A stretch of DNA of 64,000 nucleotides from a virus, in IMG/VR virus record IMGVR_UViG_3300028029_000006, positions 312,236 through 376,235 of that record. One strand, written 5' to 3'. Position 1 is the first letter of the stretch; each line of letters starts with the position of its first letter. The notes beneath the pieces were generated by a model that was not told where the DNA came from, made no database searches, and worked only from the letters and a program-made list of their open reading frames with translations. The position numbers were made by a program, and so were the translations under genes. This document shows positions 42,988-53,161 of this stretch, in pieces.

Positions 42988-45137
42988 TGGAACCAGTATA
43001 TCTTTTAATTGAAGACTTTATGTCTCATCGTTATTCCGAAATTGACTTCACAAAATTTCAAAGTGCATTAATTATGGGTAGGCAAAAAGCTAATCCACGT
43101 GAATCTAATGGTGTTGGTAAATCTGTTATCTTTCATGCCACTGAATATGTTTTTTTTGGTACATACCCTACTAAAACTATAGATCAAATAGTTAGAGAAG
43201 GTACTGATTTTGCTCAAGTAACTTTTGTTTTTACTAATGATGATGATGAAAAATATAAAGTTGTACGTAAACGTAAGCTTAATAAGTCTTCTGATGTTCA
43301 GCTATTTAAGTTCATAGAAGATAAGTGGGCTTCAATTTCAAAACGAACACCATCAGATACGCAATCTTCTCTCCTAAAGCTAATTAAAATTAGCGCCAAA
43401 TCGTTTAAAAACTCCATACAGTTTTCTCAGAACAGTTTAGAAGGTTTGGTATCAACCAAAGACAAAGAGGCTACAGCAGAAGATAGGAGGGCTATCTTTG
43501 AGGAAGCAATTAATCTTTCTGATTATAAAAAATTGGAAAAAATGGCCGGCAAAAAAGTTAACGATTTAGTTAAACGGATTAATATTAAAAAAGCTGTAGT
43601 TGAATCTATTGGTGAACCTCAAAAAGAAATTGATAATTTCAAAAAAGAAATTGTAGAGATAAAAAAAGAGATTATCAATGATGAATTGAGAAGAAATGAG
43701 TTAACCGTTTCAATTAGTAGTGAAAACAAAGAGTTAATTGACTTACAACAACTAATATCAACTGAAGCATCTACTGTTCATGAGAAGCTTTCTGATATTA
43801 AAACTTCTAGAGATGAGGTTTTAGGTAAAATTAAGGTTGCTAGAGAAACTATTATCGGAAATGAAAACAAAATAGCTTCATTAAACGAAAAATTAACAAC
43901 TAAAAACAAAGAATTAACTGAATTAGAAGCACGAAGCACGGAAGTTAGATCAAAAAAACAACGATCTATCATTAAAGTTAAGAAAGATTTAGAATCTACT
44001 TCTGAAAATGAAATTAATGGTAAATCTTTTATAGGATCTCTTGAAAGAAAAGCTCAAGAATTAAAAAAACCACTTCCTGATGGGCATGATTGCTATGCTT
44101 GTAGACAACCATTAACGGCAGAATATAAAACTGCTTGCGAAAAACAATTAAAAGATGAATTAGAAGATATTTTAAATGAAATTGCAGATAAAAAACCTAA
44201 ATTAAAAAAGGTTACCAATAAAAAAATCAAACTTCAAAAAGAAATTGATGAAATAAATAATATAATTGCTTATATTTCTTCTACAGATGACAAAATTAAA
44301 AACAAAAACAAAGAGTTATCAAATGATAATGATTATATTAATAAATTAAAAGAATTAAATTTACATCAAAAGTCTGAATTAGAAATTTTAGGTAAAAAAT
44401 TAGATGGATTAAATAAAAGAGAAGTTAATTTAGAAGAGTCTCTTAAAGATATCTCTAATGACGAAATAGAAAAGAAGATTTCAAAAACTAAAAGCAAAAA
44501 AATTGAATTAGAACATCTTAAAAGTAACACTGTTGAAAAGCTTAATAAAGAAAACTCTAAATTAGGAGCTTTAAATGCTAGAATTGAAGATAGAGAAGTT
44601 AATTTAGAAAAATTAAATAAAGAAAATGAAAAATTAAATGAATTAAATTATTCCCACAAATTACAGAAGAAAATTAGACAAGGGTGTAAAGCGATTCCTG
44701 TTATGATTATTCATACCGTTTTAGATGATCTTCAAAAAGAATCTAATAACTTCCTTAATGATTTAAAACCAAGTCTTGAAATCAAGTTTACACCAGAGCT
44801 TAATCTAATCTATAAACATTATGGTAAAATTAGAGACTTCACACAATTATCTCAAGGTCAAAAGTTCTCAATCGCCCTAGCTCTGAAGTTAGGGTTATCT
44901 TCTATTGATCAAAAAAGAGCTGGAGTTAATATTAAATTGCTTCAATTAGATGAAGCAGATAAGCCTCTTGATGAAGCTGGAGTAGAAGCTTATGCTAATG
45001 CTATCAAAAAACTTCAAGCTAAAATGAAAATATTGGTCATTACTCATAGCAAATATCTTAAAGATAAATTTAAGAATGTTATTACGGTTGAAGGTGATGA
45101 ATCTAATGGGGCTACAACAATTTTAGAAACATTTTGA
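42987..45137 (+). CDS. sbcC: SbcC/Rad50-like SMC ATPase
   Basis: NGVGKS, coiled coil with CYAC zinc hook, LSQGQ, LDE, ITH. Confidence 0.9.
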   Translation: MEPVYLLIEDFMSHRYSEIDFTKFQSALIMGRQKANPRESNGVGKSVIFHATEYVFFGTYPTKTIDQIVREGTDFAQVTFVFTNDDDEKYKVVRKRKLNKSSDVQLFKFIEDKWASISKRTPSDTQSSLLKLIKISAKSFKNSIQFSQNSLEGLVSTKDKEATAEDRRAIFEEAINLSDYKKLEKMAGKKVNDLVKRINIKKAVVESIGEPQKEIDNFKKEIVEIKKEIINDELRRNELTVSISSENKELIDLQQLISTEASTVHEKLSDIKTSRDEVLGKIKVARETIIGNENKIASLNEKLTTKNKELTELEARSTEVRSKKQRSIIKVKKDLESTSENEINGKSFIGSLERKAQELKKPLPDGHDCYACRQPLTAEYKTACEKQLKDELEDILNEIADKKPKLKKVTNKKIKLQKEIDEINNIIAYISSTDDKIKNKNKELSNDNDYINKLKELNLHQKSELEILGKKLDGLNKREVNLEESLKDISNDEIEKKISKTKSKKIELEHLKSNTVEKLNKENSKLGALNARIEDREVNLEKLNKENEKLNELNYSHKLQKKIRQGCKAIPVMIIHTVLDDLQKESNNFLNDLKPSLEIKFTPELNLIYKHYGKIRDFTQLSQGQKFSIALALKLGLSSIDQKRAGVNIKLLQLDEADKPLDEAGVEAYANAIKKLQAKMKILVITHSKYLKDKFKNVITVEGDESNGATTILETF

Positions 45138-45489
45138 TGTATAATTTAACATTATAATAGATGGTTAAAAATCAAATTAGTAACAAAGACAAAGAGCTTA
45201 ATGTTAAGCTGTTACGTAAATTTGGAGAACAAGGTCTTTATAAAAAAGCTGTTGGCGTTGGTATGATGCAAGCAGCTATTAACCATAATTATGATATTGA
45301 AATTTTAAATCTTTCCAATTCTTTTTTAACTTTGTTTAGAAGAACGGGTAATGAAGATTACGCAACTATTAGCCGAGTGTTAAGAAGAACCGCCCATACT
45401 TTGCATAGGCAATTGTTAAGACAGAAGAAAAAAAATACCGATCCAAGATTTTTAACTTTAATTTAAGGTTAATATTTTCACATCTTGAT

Positions 45490-46092
45490 ATGAGCCGATT
45501 ATTATCTGTTAGCCAACGTTTTTCTGAGAAACTATCTGAAGCAACCTTTCCAGAATCTCAAATTAAACGTATATCAAATAAATTTAGTTTAAAACTAGCT
45601 CAGGCCCCTAGAACCACTATTCTACCAAAAGAATATTATCCAGAGTTTGAAGATGATACAGAAACATCACCTTCCTCTGAGGAGTTCTCAACCATTCCTG
45701 CTCCACCTAAGCCTTTTAGAGAGACTTTAATGTCTCCCTCAATGGAAGGTGAGTCACGAGGTATGCCTGGAGAAGTTAATGTGTCTCCAGTTGTAGGAGA
45801 TGTTATTGCCACTTTGGGTCCACAAGTTGTTAATAAATTCTTAGCAACGAAAATGCAAAGCGCTGTAGGGAATGATGGACAAAGGTACGTCAACTTAACA
45901 ATAGACGACCTTCCGCTTGGCCAATACAGAGTAACTCACATACCTGAAAGCCTTCATTTGCCTCAAATTCATAGAGCACCAATTGATATTCACAATGTAG
46001 AATACTCTTTGGATGAATTAATGAACTGGGTTAAAAAGGATTCTCCAGCTGAATGGGAAATGGCTAACGATATTATGACAAATCCTCGTTAA
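45490..46092 (+). CDS. Hypothetical protein with duplicated basic leader motif
   Basis: RLLSVSQRFSEKLSE and QIKRISNKFSLKLAQ; upstream AATA-N6-CATC-N5. Confidence 0.55.
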   Translation: MSRLLSVSQRFSEKLSEATFPESQIKRISNKFSLKLAQAPRTTILPKEYYPEFEDDTETSPSSEEFSTIPAPPKPFRETLMSPSMEGESRGMPGEVNVSPVVGDVIATLGPQVVNKFLATKMQSAVGNDGQRYVNLTIDDLPLGQYRVTHIPESLHLPQIHRAPIDIHNVEYSLDELMNWVKKDSPAEWEMANDIMTNPR

Positions 46093-46546
46093 GAATGCTG
46101 ATTGCTTCATTAACATGCTCTGTGTGCAACCCAACTGAGTCTTTAATGTATAAAAACTGATTTGAGAAATGCTTTATGATACCTTCATAGGGCGTGTCAT
46201 CTAGAATTAAAAACGACTCTATATCATTATCTTTAAGCCAAAGGTTAATTTCATCCCCTCTGTCTTGAATAACTCCATCTGGAGTGCGACTTAAAAGAAC
46301 AGTTTGTGAAATAACTTCCCCAACAAAACCTTTTTTTAACATCATTTTTTCTATTTTATCAAAAGGATGTATAATTCTCCAAGTAGATGAAATTACTACT
46401 TTAGCATTGGTTGCTTTAATTATTTCATTAAGCAATATTATATATTTAATATTTAAATCATTAACATCCCAAAGCAAACCAACGTTATTTGTTAAGTCCT
46501 CTTCAGAGTTAAGAACTCCGTCAATATCTAAGAATATAATTTTCAT
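46073..46546 (-). CDS. HAD phosphatase of the RNA-repair-associated (Swiss-army-knife) type
   Basis: IIFLDIDGVLN, VISSTWR, RGDEI..W, FLILDD, VGL. Confidence 0.85.
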   Translation of the reverse strand: MKIIFLDIDGVLNSEEDLTNNVGLLWDVNDLNIKYIILLNEIIKATNAKVVISSTWRIIHPFDKIEKMMLKKGFVGEVISQTVLLSRTPDGVIQDRGDEINLWLKDNDIESFLILDDTPYEGIIKHFSNQFLYIKDSVGLHTEHVNEAISILNEDLS

Positions 46547-46898
46547 CTTAAACTAATTTCATTGGGTATTTAATAATAATTTCAATATCAAATCGCGCTG
46601 ATTTGTTATATTTGGCATTACACATCGGGCAAGAATCATTCTTAACAGCGAATTCATCAAGACCCCAGTCTCTTAATTCAACCGAATCTTTTTGACAGGT
46701 ATGATAAATATGCAATCTCATTTGAGATTTTTTTTCTTCCAATAATAATATACCGACAGCCATTAACTTTCCAGGCTCAATTTTACCTTCTTCATATATT
46801 AAAGTTGATGAAGGTTCTTTAATTAAATGTTCAATATAATGCCATTCAGCATTTGTTAATTTTAATTTTGATTTCTCTAATGGAATTGTAAACATTTG

Positions 46899-46970
46899 TA
46901 GCAGTGGTCAGAATCGAACTGACGTGAATTTACGTATGAGATAAACCTGAGGGCCAACACTCACACTGCC
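46899..46970 (-). tRNA. tRNA with CAT anticodon (Met or Ile2), atypical D arm
   Basis: Acceptor GGCAGTG/CACTGCT, anticodon arm TTTAT-CTCATAC-GTAAA, T arm GTCAG-TTCGATT-CTGAC. Confidence 0.75.
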
Positions 46971-47015
46971 ATTATATGTTCTATATCCTATCAAATAATA
47001 TATTGGTATATCACC

Positions 47016-47246
47016 ATGAGCAAACTAAAAAAAATAGCTGCAAAGTTTGAAAAATTATCTCAAGTAGCAGAATATGATATGGGTACTCAAGAAAAACCTG
47101 ATTTGAATAACATAGTTAAAAACATTCAAAATTTAATTGACGCTTTCAATCATCTTTCAAAAGATGTTAATACTTTAAAAACAAAACCATCATCAAATGA
47201 CATAACTCAACAGCTTCAAAATGAAGGAATCACAATCAATCAATAA
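47016..47246 (+). CDS. Small protein with KLKKIAAKF leader
   Basis: Against the local gene flow, own AATA-N6-TATA-N5 motif; paralogous to 47273 (EYxxG..E.PD...I..NI..L). Confidence 0.6.
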   Translation: MSKLKKIAAKFEKLSQVAEYDMGTQEKPDLNNIVKNIQNLIDAFNHLSKDVNTLKTKPSSNDITQQLQNEGITINQ

Positions 47247-47272
47247 AATTTGGCATAATATCATATGTTAAT

Positions 47273-47575
47273 ATGAAAAAAACAAATGAAATTGCTAGTA
47301 AATTTAAGACTAAACTAGCACAACCTTTAATTGTAGAAAAAGATATTGTTAGTTCTGGTATTATTGAATATATGGGCTCTGCCAGTGAGCCTGATGTAGG
47401 TATTATTATTGAAAATATTAAAACTCTAAATGATAGTAGAGTTGATATGATTAAATATATTGGAGAGCTTGAAAAAAGATTAGCTTATTTAGAGAATGAT
47501 GAGCAAATAAAATATCAAGATGAAGCTTTAGAAGAAGGACCTATTGAACCAGATATGATTGATCAGGATATGTAA
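47273..47575 (+). CDS. Small protein with IASKFKTKLAQ leader
   Basis: Paralog of 47016. Confidence 0.6.
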   Translation: MKKTNEIASKFKTKLAQPLIVEKDIVSSGIIEYMGSASEPDVGIIIENIKTLNDSRVDMIKYIGELEKRLAYLENDEQIKYQDEALEEGPIEPDMIDQDM

Positions 47576-48045
47576 AAATCTCCTGGATTAATAATATGAA
47601 TATTTTTATTGTTAGTTTTAGCATATTCTAAGCAGTTTCTTGTACCACCCAATCCGCCTCCAAAGATACCCAGCATTTCATCTGAATAATCTACAATCAT
47701 TTCATTTCTTTTTTGAAGCAACGCCGGGTATGATAATCCATTGCTGGGCGCCACTTCCACCTTAACGGCATTTTTAAGTATTTTATGATACTTATCTTGT
47801 GATTTGGTTGGCCAAGCCTTATAAGGTGTTTCTGATGGAAGCATAGCAATGAAAGGAATTTTCATAACCATGCACCATTGAGCTGCCCATTGATCGACAC
47901 CCAAAGCCATTCCAGTAACTAATGTTTCTGGTTTATGTTCTTTTAAGAAATATTTAATTGCATTGATAACAAATAAGTTTCCGGGATCTTTTTCTCGAAA
48001 CCCATATAGTTTTTGTGGTCTGTGACCTGTAATTCCTAAAATCAT
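47563..48045 (-). CDS. YspA/DUF1273-like SLOG family protein
   Basis: GITGHRP, GMALGVDQWAA, KRNEMIVD, GGTRNC. Confidence 0.85.
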   Translation of the reverse strand: MILGITGHRPQKLYGFREKDPGNLFVINAIKYFLKEHKPETLVTGMALGVDQWAAQWCMVMKIPFIAMLPSETPYKAWPTKSQDKYHKILKNAVKVEVAPSNGLSYPALLQKRNEMIVDYSDEMLGIFGGGLGGTRNCLEYAKTNNKNIHIINPGDFYIS

Positions 48046-48423
48046 TCTTTAGACAATCTTTCTACCAAATATATTGCCATTTCCCATCCATAATCTGTTG
48101 GTTCCATTCTTGCAATTGGACTTAAATGTTCTCCTTCACAAAAATGCGGATCTAAAAATGATTCTGTAGTAATAGCTCTTATGTTTTTATTGTAAACACA
48201 AACTTTTATTCCTCCATAATTTTCGCAATCTGGATATAATAATTCCAAAGCTGCATGAGTATCAGTACTAAAATATCTTAATATTTTAAAATTAATTGGA
48301 TTTGGTTCTGGGTTTTTTGGTTTCTTTTTTGGCGGGGCTTCTTGAACATCGTAGTAATCAGTTCTTTCACGAGGATCGCCATCATTACAGCCACATCTAG
48401 AAACTCCTATTCCTATTCCCATT

Positions 48424-48813
48424 TTAATCCTCCACCAAAATTAACTTATATTTCTTACCATCAACTTCAACCATCTTACCATCACAAGAATTTTGATTAA
48501 GATTCATTTTCTTGTTGTACGCTTCTTCTGAATATTTTACACCTTCAATATACCAACGTTTTGTTCCATCTACATATTCAATTGCTGCACCATTTGTTCT
48601 ATGACGTTTCCCATTTAGAAACCAAGCTTTATACCCATTTACCAAAATTACAGCTGGTAAATTATTCTCTCTATGTAGTTTACCATTTAACCACCATTCT
48701 TTATCACCATTTGTTGACCATTCTCTAGCTGGTAAATCATTCTCGCTATGTAACTTACCATCTAAACGCCATTCAGTTCTGTTATTAAAAACTCTTACTG
48801 TATACTCAATCAT
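48424..48813 (-). CDS. GKLHRxxxPA repeat protein
   Basis: MIEYTV start, W.LDGKLH.E.DLPA repeats, C-terminal GKMVEVDGKKYKL. Confidence 0.8.
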   Translation of the reverse strand: MIEYTVRVFNNRTEWRLDGKLHSENDLPAREWSTNGDKEWWLNGKLHRENNLPAVILVNGYKAWFLNGKRHRTNGAAIEYVDGTKRWYIEGVKYSEEAYNKKMNLNQNSCDGKMVEVDGKKYKLILVED

Positions 48814-48818
48814 AATAC

Positions 48819-49202
48819 TTAATCCATTTCAACTAATTTATATTTCTTACCATCAATTTCAACCATCTTACCATCATAAGATTCTCGCTTAAAATTAATT
48901 TTTTCATTATATTTTTCTTCAGAATAACTTACACCTTCAAGATACCAATATTTATCTCCATTTGAACATTCAATAGCCGCACCGTTAGTTCTATGACGTT
49001 TGTCATTTACCAACCAAGCTTTATATCCATTTTTACGTTCAATAGCTGGTAAATCATCTTCTCTATGCAACTTACCATTTACATACCAATGTTTTGTTCC
49101 ATTTGCAAATTCAACTGCTGGTAAATCTCCTTCTCTATGCAACTTACCATCTAAATACCAAATAGTTCTACTATCATCAACTTTTACTGTGTATTCAATC
49201 AT
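48819..49202 (-). CDS. GKLHRxxxPA repeat protein
   Basis: Paralog of 48424. Confidence 0.8.
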   Translation of the reverse strand: MIEYTVKVDDSRTIWYLDGKLHREGDLPAVEFANGTKHWYVNGKLHREDDLPAIERKNGYKAWLVNDKRHRTNGAAIECSNGDKYWYLEGVSYSEEKYNEKINFKRESYDGKMVEIDGKKYKLVEMD

Positions 49203-49216
49203 AATTATTCTTTCAA

Positions 49217-51379
49217 TCAATTGCCATTTTTATAAACTTTTTTAAGCAAATCAGTTGGATCTAATAGTTTCTTCGGTTTATTTTCCATTTTTTCCCATCT
49301 TAATCTGTCTTTTACTCCATGATCATAAAATTCAAAATGAAGCATAGTCATTGGGTTTCCTTTATACCTTTTCATAACTGTAACTACTTTAGCAATTACT
49401 TGGCCTTGTTTAATTTTATCTCCAGGTTCCACCAAAGGTTTAACCTCTCCGTAATTAATAACACCAGATTTCCCTTCAATTAAAATAGCCTGAGTATCAT
49501 TCCACCAACTTGTGCCAACTTTTGATCCAGTAAAATCCAGTACTGTAACTACAATACCATCTTCAATAGCAAGAACTTCAGTGTCAGGCTCGCAATATAA
49601 ATCTACTCCAGAATGAACGTATCCTCGTCTTTGATATCCAAAAGTTCCTGGTTCATTATTAACTGGAATTGGGTAATCTTTAGTTGCTAAAGGCCAAGCA
49701 AGCGATTTATCTTCACTACTATTATAGGCATCTTTCAAGATAAGCGCAACCTCTGGCCTGGTAAATTCTTCAGGAAGATCTTCTCCATTTTCAAGCATTT
49801 TTCTTACTTTAGTTCCACTTAAAAATAATTTTGTTTCAGATCCACCTGGAGCGGTTTTAACACTGCCCATTCCTTTCATCGTCTTTGAATAAAAAGTATG
49901 CTCAAAACATAAAGGAATAATCCCCAATTCTCCAGGAGAAAATTCATCAAAGATTTTTTGAGCATCATAAGTCCCATAATAATCACCTACTCCAGCATGA
50001 TCTCTGCCAACAATAAAATGACTACAACCATAATTTTTCCTACAAATTGCATGATGAATTGCTTCTCTAGGACCAGCATACCTCATTGCTGCAGGGAACA
50101 TTCCTAAAACAACGCTATTCTCTGAATAATAATTGTTAATTAAAGCTTCATAACAAGACATTCTAACATCTGCATCAACATCTCCAGCTTTAGTGGCTCC
50201 AACTAATGGGTGAATTAATAAACCATCACACATTTCTAGTGCACATTTTGTTAAATACTCATGTGCTCTATGCATTGGATTTCTTGTTTGAAAAGCTACA
50301 ATTCTTTTCCATCCTCGCTCTTCAAAAATCCATCGCGTTTCTTTTGGTGAAAAATCACCATTGTCTATATTAAAAATAGAAAAAACATTAACTTCACCAC
50401 CTAAGTAAACATCTCCTACTTTCATAACATAAGAAACTCCAGGATGTTCCATATCAGTTGTTTTGTAAACTTCTTGACATTCTAGCTCTTTATCAGGAGT
50501 AAATTTGTCAGACACAGTCATAGTACCAACAATATTACCACTTAAACCTATTAAGTTAATTAAACTTCTTAATTTGATTTTTCCAGCCTGCTCCTGACTA
50601 ACCGGCAAAACAATAGGTATAGCCCAAGGTAATCCGTTCTCCAAACGCATTTCTTTAACAACTTTTAGATAATCTTTTTCATTCATGAATCCGGTTAAAG
50701 GACTGTAGCCACCTTCGCCAATCATTCGTAAATCACAAGCCGTACGTTCATCTAATGTGACTTTAGTAAAACTAGAAGCAATCGCAAAAATACTTTCTCT
50801 ATTAACCAAAGTTCCTCCATGAGGAGCGATTAAGCCTTTTGTAGTGGTAGTATTTGTATTAATTAACCCTAATTCTTGAAGTTTATTTAAGATTTTATCT
50901 AAAGATTCTTCAGCAGTTTCTGTAAATGTATTTAATGTTATTTCTGGATTAATAGGTTTTTCATAAGGAGCGTCAATTCCAGTAAAACCTTTAATTTCTC
51001 CAGCTAAAGCTTTTTTGTATAAACCTTTTGGATCTCGTTTAATTAATTCGTCAAGTTGACAGTCGCAGTAAACTTCCACAAAGCTACTTACAAGTGCCCT
51101 CTGCGCGGCTCTGACGGCCTTGTAAGGGGAGATTGCAGCAGTGATGGCGCACCCTCCTGAGTTGGCCACTAAACTCGCTACAAAGCCAATGCGGTTGATA
51201 TTAATATCTCTATCTTCTTTTGAGAATCCAAGACCTTTTGATAGATTTTTTCTAACAACATCTCCATCTAGCACTTCTGTATGAATTCCTTGATGTTGTA
51301 ACTTTGCAGATAACATTGCTGCAAGAGTTGATTTTCCTGAACCACTTAAACCTGTAAACCAAATAACAAAACCACTCAT
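49217..51379 (-). CDS. sat: APS kinase - sulfate adenylyltransferase - M23 peptidase triple fusion
   Basis: [12 protein letters not shown] and RDPKGLY (CysC); [12 protein letters not shown] and VGRDHAG (Sat); HSGVD and LHFE (M23). Confidence 0.9.
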   Translation of the reverse strand: MSGFVIWFTGLSGSGKSTLAAMLSAKLQHQGIHTEVLDGDVVRKNLSKGLGFSKEDRDININRIGFVASLVANSGGCAITAAISPYKAVRAAQRALVSSFVEVYCDCQLDELIKRDPKGLYKKALAGEIKGFTGIDAPYEKPINPEITLNTFTETAEESLDKILNKLQELGLINTNTTTTKGLIAPHGGTLVNRESIFAIASSFTKVTLDERTACDLRMIGEGGYSPLTGFMNEKDYLKVVKEMRLENGLPWAIPIVLPVSQEQAGKIKLRSLINLIGLSGNIVGTMTVSDKFTPDKELECQEVYKTTDMEHPGVSYVMKVGDVYLGGEVNVFSIFNIDNGDFSPKETRWIFEERGWKRIVAFQTRNPMHRAHEYLTKCALEMCDGLLIHPLVGATKAGDVDADVRMSCYEALINNYYSENSVVLGMFPAAMRYAGPREAIHHAICRKNYGCSHFIVGRDHAGVGDYYGTYDAQKIFDEFSPGELGIIPLCFEHTFYSKTMKGMGSVKTAPGGSETKLFLSGTKVRKMLENGEDLPEEFTRPEVALILKDAYNSSEDKSLAWPLATKDYPIPVNNEPGTFGYQRRGYVHSGVDLYCEPDTEVLAIEDGIVVTVLDFTGSKVGTSWWNDTQAILIEGKSGVINYGEVKPLVEPGDKIKQGQVIAKVVTVMKRYKGNPMTMLHFEFYDHGVKDRLRWEKMENKPKKLLDPTDLLKKVYKNGN

Positions 51380-52094
51380 GATAACTCCATTTTTAAAAAT
51401 TCTTCTTTGGTATATTCTATACCTTCAAGATACCACCTATCAAAACTTATCATTTTACCAGTAGAAAAATCTAGATGTTGACCGCCTTCAATAGCTGGTC
51501 CATCTTTTTTATGATAAAATCCATTTTTTAAATGAATTGTTCGGGAAGTACCTTTAAATGTTCCAGTTTCTTTTTTAACTCTATGAACATCTAAACCATC
51601 AGTATATTTAAAACAATCCCAATCAATTAAATCATCATAAATTTCATTATAAAAATTACGAATGGCGCTTAGATTATAAGTTATTGTAAAAAATGGCTTA
51701 GCTTCTTCTTTGCTAAGTAACCCTTGAGATAAACTATCTAATAAAGATAAATTATTTTCATAATCATCTTCTATTTTTAATAAATATTTTTCATAAAGTG
51801 GGAATTTTTTTAAATCTACAGGATCTGAGTTTTCTTCAATTGAATTATTATGCATTTCCCAAAATATGTATTTGTTATCTTTATTTATTGAAACAATTAA
51901 TTTATATTTTTCATCATCATTTTTAGAGATTACATAAAAAGCAACTTCAGCAACATGATCATAATAAAATTCAGGGCTTGAAAAAAAATATTTTAAATCA
52001 TCACATAAATGTAAAATTGATTTAAAATTCATTGGCTTTGAAATTTTAACCTTCTCATCTTCAAAAACATCTATAATAACTAATGACATAATTT

Positions 52095-52547
52095 TTAAAT
52101 TAAAACTAATTTATACTTCTTACCATCAACTTCAACCATTTTACCTTCGCAAGTTTCTTGTTTGGGATTCATTTTTTCATTGTATTCTTCTTCAGTGTAG
52201 TTTCGACCTTCCAGGAGCCAAAATTTAGTTCCATCATTACATTCATAAGCTGCACCATCAGTTCTATGTAGTTTCCCATTTACATACCAATACTTTTCTC
52301 CATTATCTAATTCAATTGCTGGTAAATTGTTTTCTCTATGAAGTTTACCATTTACCCACCATTTTTTAACTCCATTTAACCATTCAGCAGCTGGCAAATC
52401 ATTTTCTCTATGAAGTTTACCATTTTTATACCACTCTTTAGTTCCATTTTTAAATTCAATTGCAGGCAAATCATCTTCTCTATGCAACTTGCCATCTAAA
52501 CGCCATTCAGTTACGTGATCATAAACTTTTACTGTATACTCAATCAT
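52095..52547 (-). CDS. GKLHRxxxPA repeat protein
   Basis: Paralog of 48424 with four repeats. Confidence 0.8.
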   Translation of the reverse strand: MIEYTVKVYDHVTEWRLDGKLHREDDLPAIEFKNGTKEWYKNGKLHRENDLPAAEWLNGVKKWWVNGKLHRENNLPAIELDNGEKYWYVNGKLHRTDGAAYECNDGTKFWLLEGRNYTEEEYNEKMNPKQETCEGKMVEVDGKKYKLVLI

Positions 52548-52552
52548 AATAT

Positions 52553-52864
52553 TTAATCCATTTCAACTAATTTATACTTCTTGCCATCAACTTCAATTAT
52601 TTTACCTTCACAAGATTCTTGTTTGGGATTCATTTTTTCATTGTATTCTTCTTCAGTGTAATTAACACCTTTAAGATACCAACCCTTTTTTCCATCTGGC
52701 CATTCCATAGCTGGGCCATTTTCTCTATGACATTCACCATTTACAAACCATTTTTGAGTTCCATCTGTGTATTCTTTTGCTGGTAAATCTCCTTCTCTAT
52801 GAAGTTTTCCATTTAAACGCCAAATAGTATTGTTATCATCAACTTCTACTGTATATTCAATCAT
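52553..52864 (-). CDS. GKLHRxxxPA repeat protein
   Basis: Paralog of 48424 with two repeats. Confidence 0.8.
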   Translation of the reverse strand: MIEYTVEVDDNNTIWRLNGKLHREGDLPAKEYTDGTQKWFVNGECHRENGPAMEWPDGKKGWYLKGVNYTEEEYNEKMNPKQESCEGKIIEVDGKKYKLVEMD

Positions 52865-52892
52865 AATTTATTTCTTTCAAATGAAAATTAAC

Positions 52893-52923
52893 AAAAAAAA
52901 AGCTCATCAAAAAATGATAAGTT
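52893..52923 (-). terminator. Intrinsic terminator closing the RNA array
   Basis: AACTTATCA-TTTTT-TGATGAGCT followed by T8 on the - strand. Confidence 0.7.
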
Positions 52924-52933
52924 TTGAAAATTT

Positions 52934-53008
52934 AAAATATCTGAGTTAAATAATCATTTTAAAGTATATATCAAAATGCTTGTGTGATTATTTTTTTATA
53001 GATATTTT
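52934..53008 (-). ncRNA. Stand-alone ACAAGCA module RNA (element Z)
   Basis: AAAATATCT/AGATATTTT stem, ATAAAA/AACTC internal loop, AAATAATCA/TGATTATTT stem, CACAAGCA, small hairpin. Confidence 0.7.
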
Positions 53009-53155
53009 GGCGGAGAAACCAGGAATCGAACCTGATGCTTGTAAAAGTAATTTAATTGTTTCCTTTTGATATGATCTTTGGGATACGAGGCAGAACTTTG
53101 TTTAATATTTATCCAATTAATAGTTGGGTGCAGAACCATCCTGCTATATTTCTCC
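53008..53155 (-). ncRNA. tRNA-like RNA with the module in the variable arm, encoded CCA (element A)
   Basis: Acceptor GGAGAAA/TTTCTCC-G-CCA, D arm GCAGGA-TGG-TTCTGC, CCAA-CTATTAA-TTGG arm, ~80-nt insert ending TACAAGCA, T arm TCAGG-TTCGATT-CCTGG. Confidence 0.8.
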
Positions 53156-53161
53156 AGATTA

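Noticed and set aside
53008-53155. tmRNA or group I intron-containing tRNA
   Set aside because: Too short, no tag reading frame or intron core; the insert matches the module seen in the other elements
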